A stretch of DNA of 29,941 nucleotides. Source: Candidatus Undinarchaeales archaeon. Its GTDB lineage: Archaea > SpSt-1190 > JASMDC01. The notes under the pieces were generated by a model, which saw nothing but the letters and a program-made list of their open reading frames with translations, was not told the origin of the DNA and did not search any database. The DNA lies in the NCBI GenBank assembly GCA_030753015.1, contig JASMDC010000044.1, positions 1 through 29,941 on the forward strand, read 5' to 3'. Both the position numbers and the translations under genes were made by a program. Below, in pieces: positions 1 to 8,356 of the stretch (position 1 is its first letter; every line of letters starts with the position of its first letter).

Positions 1-259
1 TTACTGAAATATTAATCAGAATTTAATACTATTTTAGTACTAAGTTTGGGGTCGCCTGTTTATTGTATGCATGTTCGCCCACCTTCGGCGGTATGCGATC
101 CATCACTTGGGTGAAAACACATGGGGTTTCTCGCTCGAACACGTTCGAAATATTCTATGAACCTGTCCGAGAAGTCTTTCGGCTCCATCCCCTCCCTCTT
201 AGAAGGGAACTTCCCGCCAAAACAAAAAAGAGTTAAAAGAGTGTGCCATCTGTCGTTCC

Positions 260-550
260 ATGGACGATGACCTTGAGGAGCGTGTGTACGCCCTCGAGCG
301 CGAGGTCAGGCTTCTCACCGAGCAGACCGAGACCATGCGCCGGGTCATCGGTCGCCTCGTCCCCATCCTCTCGGACAGCGTACGACAGCTTGCTGACATC
401 CAGCATGAGCTCAAACGCATCAAGGTCGTCCATGTGGGATCCGGTGATGAGACGCTCGAGGAGCGTGAGGCACGTTTGGCCGACGAGCGGGATACTGCGG
501 AGGAGGGGGACCACGACGTCCGCCACCCTCACCACATCAAGATGGGCTGA
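260..550 (+). CDS. hypothetical protein, 96 aa, predicted coiled coil
   Basis: Amphipathic heptads (LEERVYALEREVRLL). An AT-rich TATA-like TTAAAA lies about 25 nt upstream of the ATG. Codon usage is GC3-rich like the core genes. Confidence 0.7.
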   Translation: MDDDLEERVYALEREVRLLTEQTETMRRVIGRLVPILSDSVRQLADIQHELKRIKVVHVGSGDETLEEREARLADERDTAEEGDHDVRHPHHIKMG

Positions 551-666
551 GCCCGAGAAGGCTCATTCAATAGATCCGGGGGATTATTGCCGTCTTCTGG
601 TAGGATTTGGTATGTTTTTGTAATGTTTATATCATTATTTAAACATTACATTCCAATTATATTCAC

Positions 667-981
667 ATGACAGCTGACGTCCTAATCCAGTTCAAGCTCT
701 CGCCGGGGCTCGTGTCCATGATCGACGAGGTGCTCGCCTCCGGATTCTATGCCAACCGCACCGAGTTCCTCAGGGACGCTGTGCGCACGCGATTGGAGGC
801 GCTCCAGGACCACGGCCTCGCAAGGAAGTTACGAGCACGCGGGAGGCCGAGCACGACCATCGCGGTGGAGGACGTGTACACGGACCACGAGGACCTCTCC
901 CACCACGTCCACAAATGGAACGAGCACCGCAGCGTCATGGGCAGCAGTCCGTCGACGGGGCGAGGAGAGGACACGTTCTAA
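667..981 (+). CDS. ribbon-helix-helix (CopG/ParD-like) DNA-binding protein
   Basis: N-terminal pattern IQFKLSPGLVSMIDEVLASGFYANRTEFLRDAVR matches the archaeal RHH motif (beta strand, then IDxLVxxGxYxxRSExIRxAVR). AT-rich promoter region at 620-660. Confidence 0.8.
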   Translation: MTADVLIQFKLSPGLVSMIDEVLASGFYANRTEFLRDAVRTRLEALQDHGLARKLRARGRPSTTIAVEDVYTDHEDLSHHVHKWNEHRSVMGSSPSTGRGEDTF

Positions 982-2150
982 TCGGATGACGGAGAGGATC
1001 CCTCGTCCGGTCGTAGCCCCTGGCGCGTCGACCATGTGGGCCAAAGCCGGCCCCACGGGCCCTCGACGTGGACGGTAGCTTCCGTATGGGGACAGTACAG
1101 CTCGCACTCCATGCAGAGCACGCATTCATTACTCACCTCGAGGTCGTCCCCCACACGGGATACGGCACCCCAATCGCACACTGCACGGCAGATAGTGCAC
1201 CGGTCGACCCTATCGCAGCGGATGAACAGCCGGTAGAGGCCGAAGCGGCTCATGAGGGCGGTGAGCGCGCCCATGGGGCAGATGGTCGTGCAGAACCCTC
1301 GCCGTAATGCCAGCGCCAGGAGCACCACGACGACCGCGGCAGCCAGCGCCAGCCGAGGATCCGGAGTGAGGTAGAAGTAAGAGATGGGACAGAACGAACA
1401 GATCGCCATGTAGCCGAACACGACAATAGCCCACAGAGCGACGGCCAGGACCTCGTACCTGACGGTCAGGGGACGGGGCACTCCGCCCTTGGGCTGGTCG
1501 ACCGCAGCGTCCACCACGTCGACCAGCGTACCCAGGGGACATACCCATCCACAGAACGCTCGCGAGACCAACAGCGAGAAGCCGACAGTGAGCGCAACAA
1601 GGGCCGTCCATGCGCCCGTGAGATAGAACAACTGCATCGAGCCGAAGGGACAGTCAAGAGCATTCCACGCACCAGGGAGCCAAGCCGGAGCGGGTGCGCC
1701 TGTGTACGCCCACATGCCAGCAGGTCCTGCTGCGAGCCAGAGGAACAGGAGGAGGAAGGCTCCCTGCGACGCTCGTCGCCAGGTGAACCGTCGCGTCTTC
1801 AGTGGGACGACCAGTGCATCAAGAGGACATGTTGCAGTGCATTCCCTGCACGTCTCGCACGCTCCAGTATCCACCTTGACCACCCCGTCCACGGTGAGCG
1901 CGTCCTCGGGACAGGAAAGGAAGCAGGCCCGGCACGCCTTCGTGCACCGTTCCTCGTCCACTGTCAATTTACCTTCGTCAATGGCGATAGCGCCCTCGGG
2001 GCAGGCCTCGATGCAGTTCCAGCACTTGCTGCAGCGCTCGAGGTCCACCGCGATGCGCCAGTCACGTACGGACAGTGCTTCTTGTTCGCAGCGCTTGATG
2101 CAGTCACCGCACCCGTCGCACACGTCCCTGAGAATCACCGGGACGACCAT
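978..2150 (-). CDS. NapH/MauN-like membrane 4Fe-4S protein with an N-terminal polyferredoxin domain
   Basis: Four N-terminal CxxCxxCxxxC(P)-type motifs. TM segments with RAFCGWVCPLG and RGFCTTICPMG (NapH CxxxCP motifs). Two C-terminal ferredoxin motifs. Start is ATG 2150 or GTG 2153, with TATA-like TATAAG about 25 nt upstream. Confidence 0.88.
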   Translation of the reverse strand: MVVPVILRDVCDGCGDCIKRCEQEALSVRDWRIAVDLERCSKCWNCIEACPEGAIAIDEGKLTVDEERCTKACRACFLSCPEDALTVDGVVKVDTGACETCRECTATCPLDALVVPLKTRRFTWRRASQGAFLLLFLWLAAGPAGMWAYTGAPAPAWLPGAWNALDCPFGSMQLFYLTGAWTALVALTVGFSLLVSRAFCGWVCPLGTLVDVVDAAVDQPKGGVPRPLTVRYEVLAVALWAIVVFGYMAICSFCPISYFYLTPDPRLALAAAVVVVLLALALRRGFCTTICPMGALTALMSRFGLYRLFIRCDRVDRCTICRAVCDWGAVSRVGDDLEVSNECVLCMECELYCPHTEATVHVEGPWGRLWPTWSTRQGLRPDEGSSPSSD

Positions 2151-2182
2151 CACCGCCGCCTTTGCCGGGAATGCTTATATCA

Positions 2183-4057
2183 CTATGGGCGGCCCGGACA
2201 CGGCCCGCTTTGAGAGAGCCGGAGCAGTGCCCAGCCTGGGCCCATGGCGACCCTCTCGCCGCTGAGCAAAGGCCCGAGCGGTCCAACTTCGCCTGTGTCC
2301 ACGAGGTATACCGGTCGGGCCGAGCATACGAGAGAGGTGGCAGGGGAGAGATCTATCTCGTACCGGAGGTCCGAGGCGAGTATATGTTTCCGGTAGGAGA
2401 TGGCAGTACGCCCATCCCGCGCCATCACCACTTGGATGGCACGGGGGACTATGATGACCGCGTCCCTCTCGGTCCCGCGGATCGCCTGGGAGAGGGGGAG
2501 CTCTCCAGGACGTACGTCACCGAGTATGTGCTCAGACCCTGATTCGGAGATCACGAGCCCCATTAATTTGCCAGGCGTTCCGATCGCGTGTGAAGCCACT
2601 TCTTCTATATCGGCCGGGAGCAAGGGCGGACTGGAGAGGAGAGGGACCATCGCGCTCATCCCTCGCTCACGCTCTTCCACTAAGAACTTCAACCACGGTT
2701 CGTTAGATATTTCCAGGTACCGTGAATCCATCGGTGGTCTCCACAACAACGCGAGATTTGCGAACAGCATGAGCGCGCTGGCCACCATCACGACAACGAG
2801 GAACGCGAAGTACCGTTCGCCGCGCCGGGCACAGTTGATCCCATGGGCAGCGAGCAGAAGAACCGCGGGCATCAGCGGTTGCACATACCGGTTCTTGTTA
2901 ACACTCCAGTTCTCGTTGGCGGCCAGGAGGAGGAATGTCGGGAGGATCCAGAGAACGAGCAGGACGGCCTGTTCACGGTCCCGGCGACACAGGTCAGCGA
3001 GCCCGATCAGGGCAAGGGCGGACAGTACGGTACCCAGGGAACGGAGGATGAGCAAGGGGATGAACAGCGCCACGGGTGATGGGAATCCCGGTGTCCGGAC
3101 GATACGGTCGTGGAAAGGCCAGTTCAGCAATCCCATGAACATGAAGTCGCGTCCCAGGAATCGGTGGGTGAACATGTACTTGTCCCTGCCAAAGGTGAAC
3201 CGCATCGGATCGCACAGCTCCAGCTCCTTGTAGGCGGCAGGCTCGCAGAACAGGATGCAACCCTGGATGGGGTGGATGAACACGCTCCCGCATGCCTGCT
3301 GGTATACCAGCATCCACGGGAGGGCGGTCATGAGCCCACCGATGGAGAACAGCGCCAGCCGACGCCACCGATGAGGGCCTCGGCCGTACCGCCAGACGCA
3401 GGCGGGGAGCAGCAGCACCAATGGGTTGGACATCCCTGCTACGGCCCCCAGGGCGAGGCCTGCCGCAAGGGGTTCCCCCGAAGCTCGCCTGCGGTGGAGC
3501 ACGGCGAGGAGCACCGTCGCCCCGGCAAGTGTCACGACGTTGAGCACCTGGTCGGCGAAGAGGAGCACGCCTATCGGGTCCATGAACTCCTGCGGCGGTT
3601 GCACCGCCGAGTACAGGACCACGGCGTTCAGGCTCCCGAGCGCACCGAGCACAAGAGCGGACGGCGTCCCAGCACCCGCTCCCTCGGCAGCCACGAGGAG
3701 CGCCAGGAACACAACGCCGGAAGCGAGGGCGGCGACGAGGTAAATACCGTGCGTTGCCGTGAGCGAACCCGCAGCAGCGATCACGGTGGACGCTCCGATC
3801 TCGCGCGAGTGATGGTCATTCCCAAGGTCCATGCGTCGCTCGGGTGACGGTGGATCCTGATCGTTCGGGTCCAGGTCGATCAGCCGGCCGAGCATGCCTG
3901 CGGCGGCCTCTAGCGGTTCTGGCAATCGCTGAACGTACGAGAGCTTCACGTCCAGGGCCGCGACGTACATGGCGCCAATGACCACGAGCAGCGCCACCGC
4001 CGCCAGAGTGCGGGATGTTCCTTCCACGTCCTTGATGGATGCCTCCCATGACAACAC
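2183..4057 (-). CDS. multi-pass membrane protein, probable GT-C (ArnT/PMT-like) glycosyltransferase fold
   Basis: About 11 hydrophobic segments. LAAGLALGAVAG and NRYVQPLMPAVLLLAAHG resemble the GT-C RYxxPxxP motif. The start (GTG 4057) is uncertain. Confidence 0.6.
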   Translation of the reverse strand: MLSWEASIKDVEGTSRTLAAVALLVVIGAMYVAALDVKLSYVQRLPEPLEAAAGMLGRLIDLDPNDQDPPSPERRMDLGNDHHSREIGASTVIAAAGSLTATHGIYLVAALASGVVFLALLVAAEGAGAGTPSALVLGALGSLNAVVLYSAVQPPQEFMDPIGVLLFADQVLNVVTLAGATVLLAVLHRRRASGEPLAAGLALGAVAGMSNPLVLLLPACVWRYGRGPHRWRRLALFSIGGLMTALPWMLVYQQACGSVFIHPIQGCILFCEPAAYKELELCDPMRFTFGRDKYMFTHRFLGRDFMFMGLLNWPFHDRIVRTPGFPSPVALFIPLLILRSLGTVLSALALIGLADLCRRDREQAVLLVLWILPTFLLLAANENWSVNKNRYVQPLMPAVLLLAAHGINCARRGERYFAFLVVVMVASALMLFANLALLWRPPMDSRYLEISNEPWLKFLVEERERGMSAMVPLLSSPPLLPADIEEVASHAIGTPGKLMGLVISESGSEHILGDVRPGELPLSQAIRGTERDAVIIVPRAIQVVMARDGRTAISYRKHILASDLRYEIDLSPATSLVCSARPVYLVDTGEVGPLGPLLSGERVAMGPGWALLRLSQSGPCPGRP

Positions 4058-4088
4058 TTATATTTCTTCCAAGACCACTCTATAATTG
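4058..4088. promoter_or_regulatory. compact divergent promoter pair
   Basis: TTATATTT (4058-4065) lies about 25 nt before ATG 4089 on +. TATAATT (4081-4087) lies about 25 nt before GTG 4057 on -. Confidence 0.55.
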
Positions 4089-4700
4089 ATGGAACGGCCC
4101 TCCAGGCGGGCGGTCCTCGCTGCGCTCCCACGCGCCGCTCTCGCCGCTTTCATTTTATCGGTAGGGTTAGCTCGAGCGGCCCGCGTACGCCGTTCCCTCG
4201 GGCTCGCACTACCAGAGCGCATCATCCGCCCACCCGGCGCGCTCCCCGATAAGCAGTTCAAGGCAGCGTGCGTGCGGTGCACGAGATGCGTGGACGTCTG
4301 CCCCACAAAGGCTATCGAGAAGGTGGGCATGGAGGGCTGGCCCGAGGAGTATGGCACGCCCCGGCTCGTCACCAAGTGCCTCTTCTGGGACGGGTGCACG
4401 CAATGCGTGGACGCCTGCCCCACGGACGCCCTCAGCCCCTTCGATCCGGACAAGGTGCGCCTGGCAATGGCGGAAGTCATCGAGTCGACCTGCATCGTCC
4501 ATCTGCAGGAGAAACAGTGCTTTGTATGCCAGGAGTTCTGTCCCTTCGATGCCGTGAAGACCGTGATCGCACCGGACAATGAACCTCCCTACGACAAGGT
4601 GCCCCAGATCTCGGCCACCGAGTGCACAGGGTGCTTCTTCTGCCATGAGGTGTGCCCGACGGATCCCAAGTCCATCAAGATGAGCCCGGTGATGCCATGA
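4089..4700 (+). CDS. NapG/MauM-like ferredoxin-type protein (4 x 4Fe-4S) with Tat signal
   Basis: SRRAVL twin-arginine motif followed by a hydrophobic helix. IRPPGA..F...CVRCTRCVDVCP is the NapG/MauM signature. Four Cys clusters. Confidence 0.88.
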   Translation: MERPSRRAVLAALPRAALAAFILSVGLARAARVRRSLGLALPERIIRPPGALPDKQFKAACVRCTRCVDVCPTKAIEKVGMEGWPEEYGTPRLVTKCLFWDGCTQCVDACPTDALSPFDPDKVRLAMAEVIESTCIVHLQEKQCFVCQEFCPFDAVKTVIAPDNEPPYDKVPQISATECTGCFFCHEVCPTDPKSIKMSPVMP

Positions 4701-5647
4701 CCCGGGACGACGAGAACGATCGCCCCGAGAAGGCTGCGGAGGCCCTCGAGTCGCTCAGTGCACGAAAACTCTCCCGTCGCGCCATGGTGCGAGCGTTCCT
4801 CCTGGGTGGACTGGGTGCCCTGGGGGTTTGGCACATGAGCCGGCCGGGCGAACTGCCACTGGACGTCGTGCGACGCGCGACACGGGACATGCCGTCCTGC
4901 AAGGTAACGGCCGAAGGGGTTCGGGAGTGGACCTCGCAGGAAGAGCTTATCGCTGGGCTCAGGAAGGGGCTCGACGGGATAGGTGGTATCCGTTCTATCG
5001 TCCCCAACGGCTCGACGGTCTTCATCAAGCCCAACCTCGTCCGCCACGACAACCAGTTCGATCCTCGGGTGGTCCCGGCCCTGGTCCAGCTCATCGAGGA
5101 GGCGGGGGCCGAGCGCGTGTTCGTGGGGGACAACGCACCGGCGCCTACGCGCTACACGGCGGACAGTATCGGCCTTCTGCGCCATCTACGCCAGACCGAC
5201 GCCGAGTTCGTAGAGGTGGAGCGCGGTACGTTCTCCATGGTGGATATCCCACATGGTGTGGCCGTCAAGGAAGCCCCCATGCCCAACCAGATGCTCGATG
5301 CGGACGTGCTTGTGAACGTGGCGTTCTTCAAGAAGCACCCTCACTACAAGGTGAATTATAGCCTCGCCCTCAAGAACCTCATGGGACTGGTCAGGTTCCA
5401 GGACATCGTCCACCTCGTCCATCCCGTGCTCGAGGACGGTATCTCTGACCTCGTATCGACGTTGACGCCCCAGCTGAATATCGTCGATATGCTCGGGACG
5501 CCCGCAAAAACAGTCGTCATGGGCACCCACCCCGCCGTGGTCGACCGAGTGGCCATGGACCTCTATGGGGAGAAGGACATACCCATCTATCTCCAGCGCG
5601 CGTTCGCGCGTTTCTCCGAGGTGCTCGCAGAATGCGACGGATCGTGA
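4697..5647 (+). CDS. DUF362 domain protein with Tat signal
   Basis: ATGA overlap with the upstream stop. LSRRAMV...LLGGLGALG Tat peptide. VFIKPNLV, DADVLVNV..FKKH and SLALKNLMG are DUF362 motifs. Confidence 0.85.
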   Translation: MTRDDENDRPEKAAEALESLSARKLSRRAMVRAFLLGGLGALGVWHMSRPGELPLDVVRRATRDMPSCKVTAEGVREWTSQEELIAGLRKGLDGIGGIRSIVPNGSTVFIKPNLVRHDNQFDPRVVPALVQLIEEAGAERVFVGDNAPAPTRYTADSIGLLRHLRQTDAEFVEVERGTFSMVDIPHGVAVKEAPMPNQMLDADVLVNVAFFKKHPHYKVNYSLALKNLMGLVRFQDIVHLVHPVLEDGISDLVSTLTPQLNIVDMLGTPAKTVVMGTHPAVVDRVAMDLYGEKDIPIYLQRAFARFSEVLAECDGS

Positions 5648-7431
5648 ACGGACAGCCCGCCACTTTCCTGTTGCTCGCCATCCTCCTCGCGGGCTGTTCC
5701 TCTACACCTCAGCCCTCCGGAGCCGATCCCACGGCCACCGCCACAATCGTTCCCTCACCGACGTCACTCCCCTCCCCCCGAGCATGGAAATGCGAGGGGC
5801 TCAGCTCTGGCGTGGACCGCTCCATATGCCTCCTCGCCATGGCCAGGTCACGTGCCCACACGGGTGGCACGTGGGCCGTTAGCCTGTGCGAGGCGCTAAC
5901 CATCGAACCCTTCCGCAAGGAGTGCGTCGATCAGGTGCTCCCCGCCACCCCGCCCTGGAGCGCTCCCGTTCTCCAGCGGCTGTGCGCGCTCGACGAGTCC
6001 CGAGAGGGATGTACTGCGCTGGCAGAGGCCAGGGCGACCGGGGACCCGTCCCGATGCCCGTCCCTGGACACGCATATCGGCAGGGGTTGTGTGATGACCG
6101 TGGCAAGGGAACTGGCGATGGCGGGCGACCAGCGAGCGGGCGCAGCGTGCACCGTGTTCGAGGATCCCTTCTTCGTCGCCCGTTGCGCACGAGCCGCGGC
6201 TCGTGCCGCTGTACCGGACCACCCTGAACTGGCCCGGCAGGTCTGTGCCCCGGTCCTCGATGCAATCTTTCACTTCCACTGCATTCAAGGGGCCGCGCTG
6301 CTCGCAGGCTCGACCGACGCGGTACAAGCACTGTGCGACGACGTCAATTTCACAGTCTCGCACACCAGATGTCTCATAGACGCTCTCGCTCGCACGCGGC
6401 TGGCAATCCACACGAACGTGAGCATCCCCGTGTGCCGCTTGTCACCGGAGTGGGAGTCGAAGTGCACCGCTGACGTCGCCACCCGGGTAGCCGTCGAGGA
6501 CCACGACCCGGTCGCTGACCTGTGCGCCGGGCTGGAGGATGGCGCGGACTGCGCAGTGGCCGTCGTACGGGTCATCGGCCGCACCGACCTCGAGGCCGCC
6601 ACGGCCCTGTGCGACCGCTTCGCCACGGGGACCTTCGTCCATGACAACTGTATCGCTGCTGCTGTCTCATCGTCCCCCTGCACCGATCCCGCGTTATGCG
6701 CGGACGCGTGCGCTGGTGCATCCACGCCAGTCGAGCGTGACGGCTGCCTGCTCTCCATCATGGTCCGGGTCGAGCCGAACGCATGGCAGGACGTCTGCAA
6801 AAGGGCCGAATCGGAGGTGACACGGCAGGTGTGCACGGCGGCATCCGGAGTGGTGGCGGGCGATGATGGCGCGACCACCTGCGGCGGCCTCCCGGACCGA
6901 AGGGACCGGGAGGCGTGCTTCGGGATCATCGTACCGAACATCGCTCCCGACGGCCTCGCACTTCTGGCGGACGCTTGTGCTGCATTGGACCCTCCCTCCC
7001 CCGCGTGCCTAACGGCCATTGCCACCGAGAGAGCGCGCCGCCGCTTGCCCGAACCCGCCGCCCCCTGCCTCTCGCTCCAGGAGACCGCTGCCCGGGACTC
7101 CTGCCTCCTCGAATCGTTCGCCGAGACCATCGGTCACGATGTCACTGCAGCGCGTGCGATGTGCGATCTGTGCGGTGACGGACCGGAGCACGACATGTGC
7201 ATGGCCGCGGCCGTAGCTGCCGACCTAGCTCCCGAGGCCCTGCCCGTGGCCCTGGACGTCTGCGATGGCCTCGAGCTCTCGGAAGAAACGGACAGCTGCA
7301 GGTTCGGGGTGGCGCGCGCTCTTGCTGCCAACGATCCCGTGATGGCGGCCGAGGTGTGCGAGCACGTCATCAGTGTGTTCTGGCGGGACAAGTGCTCCAC
7401 GGTCGCCGCGGACCATCGAGAGAGTGACTGA
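5644..7431 (+). CDS. Cys-rich repeat lipoprotein (about 18 C-x8-12-C helical repeats)
   Basis: Lipobox LLAGC, then a P/T/S linker, then repeats such as ALCDRFATGTFVHDNCIAAAV and DVCDGLELSEETDSCRFGVA. Start is GTG 5644 (GTGA overlap) or ATG 5632. Confidence 0.8.
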   Translation: MNGQPATFLLLAILLAGCSSTPQPSGADPTATATIVPSPTSLPSPRAWKCEGLSSGVDRSICLLAMARSRAHTGGTWAVSLCEALTIEPFRKECVDQVLPATPPWSAPVLQRLCALDESREGCTALAEARATGDPSRCPSLDTHIGRGCVMTVARELAMAGDQRAGAACTVFEDPFFVARCARAAARAAVPDHPELARQVCAPVLDAIFHFHCIQGAALLAGSTDAVQALCDDVNFTVSHTRCLIDALARTRLAIHTNVSIPVCRLSPEWESKCTADVATRVAVEDHDPVADLCAGLEDGADCAVAVVRVIGRTDLEAATALCDRFATGTFVHDNCIAAAVSSSPCTDPALCADACAGASTPVERDGCLLSIMVRVEPNAWQDVCKRAESEVTRQVCTAASGVVAGDDGATTCGGLPDRRDREACFGIIVPNIAPDGLALLADACAALDPPSPACLTAIATERARRRLPEPAAPCLSLQETAARDSCLLESFAETIGHDVTAARAMCDLCGDGPEHDMCMAAAVAADLAPEALPVALDVCDGLELSEETDSCRFGVARALAANDPVMAAEVCEHVISVFWRDKCSTVAADHRESD

Positions 7432-7444
7432 GAATAAGAGTGGA

Positions 7445-7519
7445 TGGGGCCGCCCGGATTTGAACCGGGGTCGCGGGCTCCCAAAGCCCGAAGGATGGAC
7501 CAAACTACCCAACGGCCCC
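7445..7519 (-). tRNA. tRNA-Pro (anticodon TGG)
   Basis: GGGGCCG acceptor stem; anticodon arm CGGGC-TT-TGG-GA-GCCCG; T-arm CCCGG-TTCAAAT-CCGGG; discriminator A at 7445. CCA is not encoded in register. Confidence 0.97.
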
Positions 7520-7525
7520 AAAGAT

Positions 7526-7632
7526 TGGTAGCCCCGCCCGGAATCCCGCGCCCCGTCAAATCTGGCGGGACGGTTCGAACCAGGGTCAGCGGCTCCAAAG
7601 GCCGCCATGATTGGCCGCTACACCACGGGGCT
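7526..7632 (-). tRNA. tRNA-Gln (anticodon TTG) with a 31-nt intron at position 59/60 (7543-7573); CCA encoded
   Basis: AGCCCCG/CGGGGCT acceptor stem (A1-T72, typical of archaeal Gln). Anticodon arm GCGGC-CT-TTG-GA-GCCGC. T-stem CCTGG/CCGGG. The T-loop TTCGAA^T is interrupted by an insert that forms a BHB motif. Confidence 0.95.
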
Positions 7633-7654
7633 GGCGGAGGAGAGTAGGGTTGCT

Positions 7655-7662
7655 TATTTAAA
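7655..7662. promoter_or_regulatory. TATA box shared by the tRNA-Gln/Pro pair (-) and nfeD (+)
   Basis: TATTTAAA (TTTAAATA on -) lies 23 nt from the tRNA-Gln 5' end and 26 nt from ATG 7688. Confidence 0.65.
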
Positions 7663-7687
7663 GCTTGTTCCATTCATCCATCCGACC

Positions 7688-8353
7688 ATGGGAAGGATGC
7701 ATTTTGTACTTCTTTTGTGTATTCTGTTCGCCCCCGCCATTGCTGTGGACTGTTCTGTGCTCACCGGCCAGGACGCTTGCCGTGATGCGCGGTGCGTGTG
7801 GGTGAACAATACCTGCGCTACGTGCAACGACCTGACCGAGAGCGGGTGCACTCTCGCCAGTGACGCCTGCACGTGGGACAAGGGCGCATGCACGCCCCAA
7901 CCCCCCTTGGACGCCACCCTTACATGGGTGATCCTTGGAGCAGTGTTCCTGGTACTGGAGATCTTCACACCGGGGATCTTCTTCATCCTGTTCGGGGTGT
8001 CGTCGTTCATCGTGGCGGCAGCCGTGGGTATCGGCTTGATCAGCGGCACTGCCCTTGGCGTACAGACACTTGTATTCCTACTGACCTCTATCGTGCTCCT
8101 CGCTTTCGTGCGACCCATGTTCAACGTCGTCACTGTTGACACTGGCGAGCGCTTTGGTGTAGAGGCCTTCGTGGGGAAGGTGGGCACCGTCACCGAGGAT
8201 ATCGAGCCCGAGGGTGACAAGGGAAAGGTAAAGGTAACAGGAGAGGAGTGGCGGGCCGATGCCGACATGCCCCTGGAGAAGGGGACCAAGGTCGAAGTCA
8301 TCGAGCTGAAGTCCAACACCCTCATCGTGAAGGTATATGAAAAGGAGGAATGA
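7688..8353 (+). CDS. nfeD: NfeD-like (YbbJ-type) membrane protein with a signal peptide and an extra N-terminal Cys-rich domain
   Basis: WVILGAVFLVLEIFTPGIFF TM motif and C-terminal OB-fold VGKVGTVTE...GKVKVTGEEWRA. Lies directly upstream of an SPFH gene. Start is ATG 7688 or 7697. Confidence 0.88.
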   Translation: MGRMHFVLLLCILFAPAIAVDCSVLTGQDACRDARCVWVNNTCATCNDLTESGCTLASDACTWDKGACTPQPPLDATLTWVILGAVFLVLEIFTPGIFFILFGVSSFIVAAAVGIGLISGTALGVQTLVFLLTSIVLLAFVRPMFNVVTVDTGERFGVEAFVGKVGTVTEDIEPEGDKGKVKVTGEEWRADADMPLEKGTKVEVIELKSNTLIVKVYEKEE

Positions 8354-8356
8354 GAT

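Noticed and set aside
5644-7431. Multihaem cytochrome or polyferredoxin interpretation of the Cys-rich lipoprotein
   Set aside because: It has no CxxCH or CxxCxxCxxxC motifs. Cys spacing is mostly 8-12 residues.
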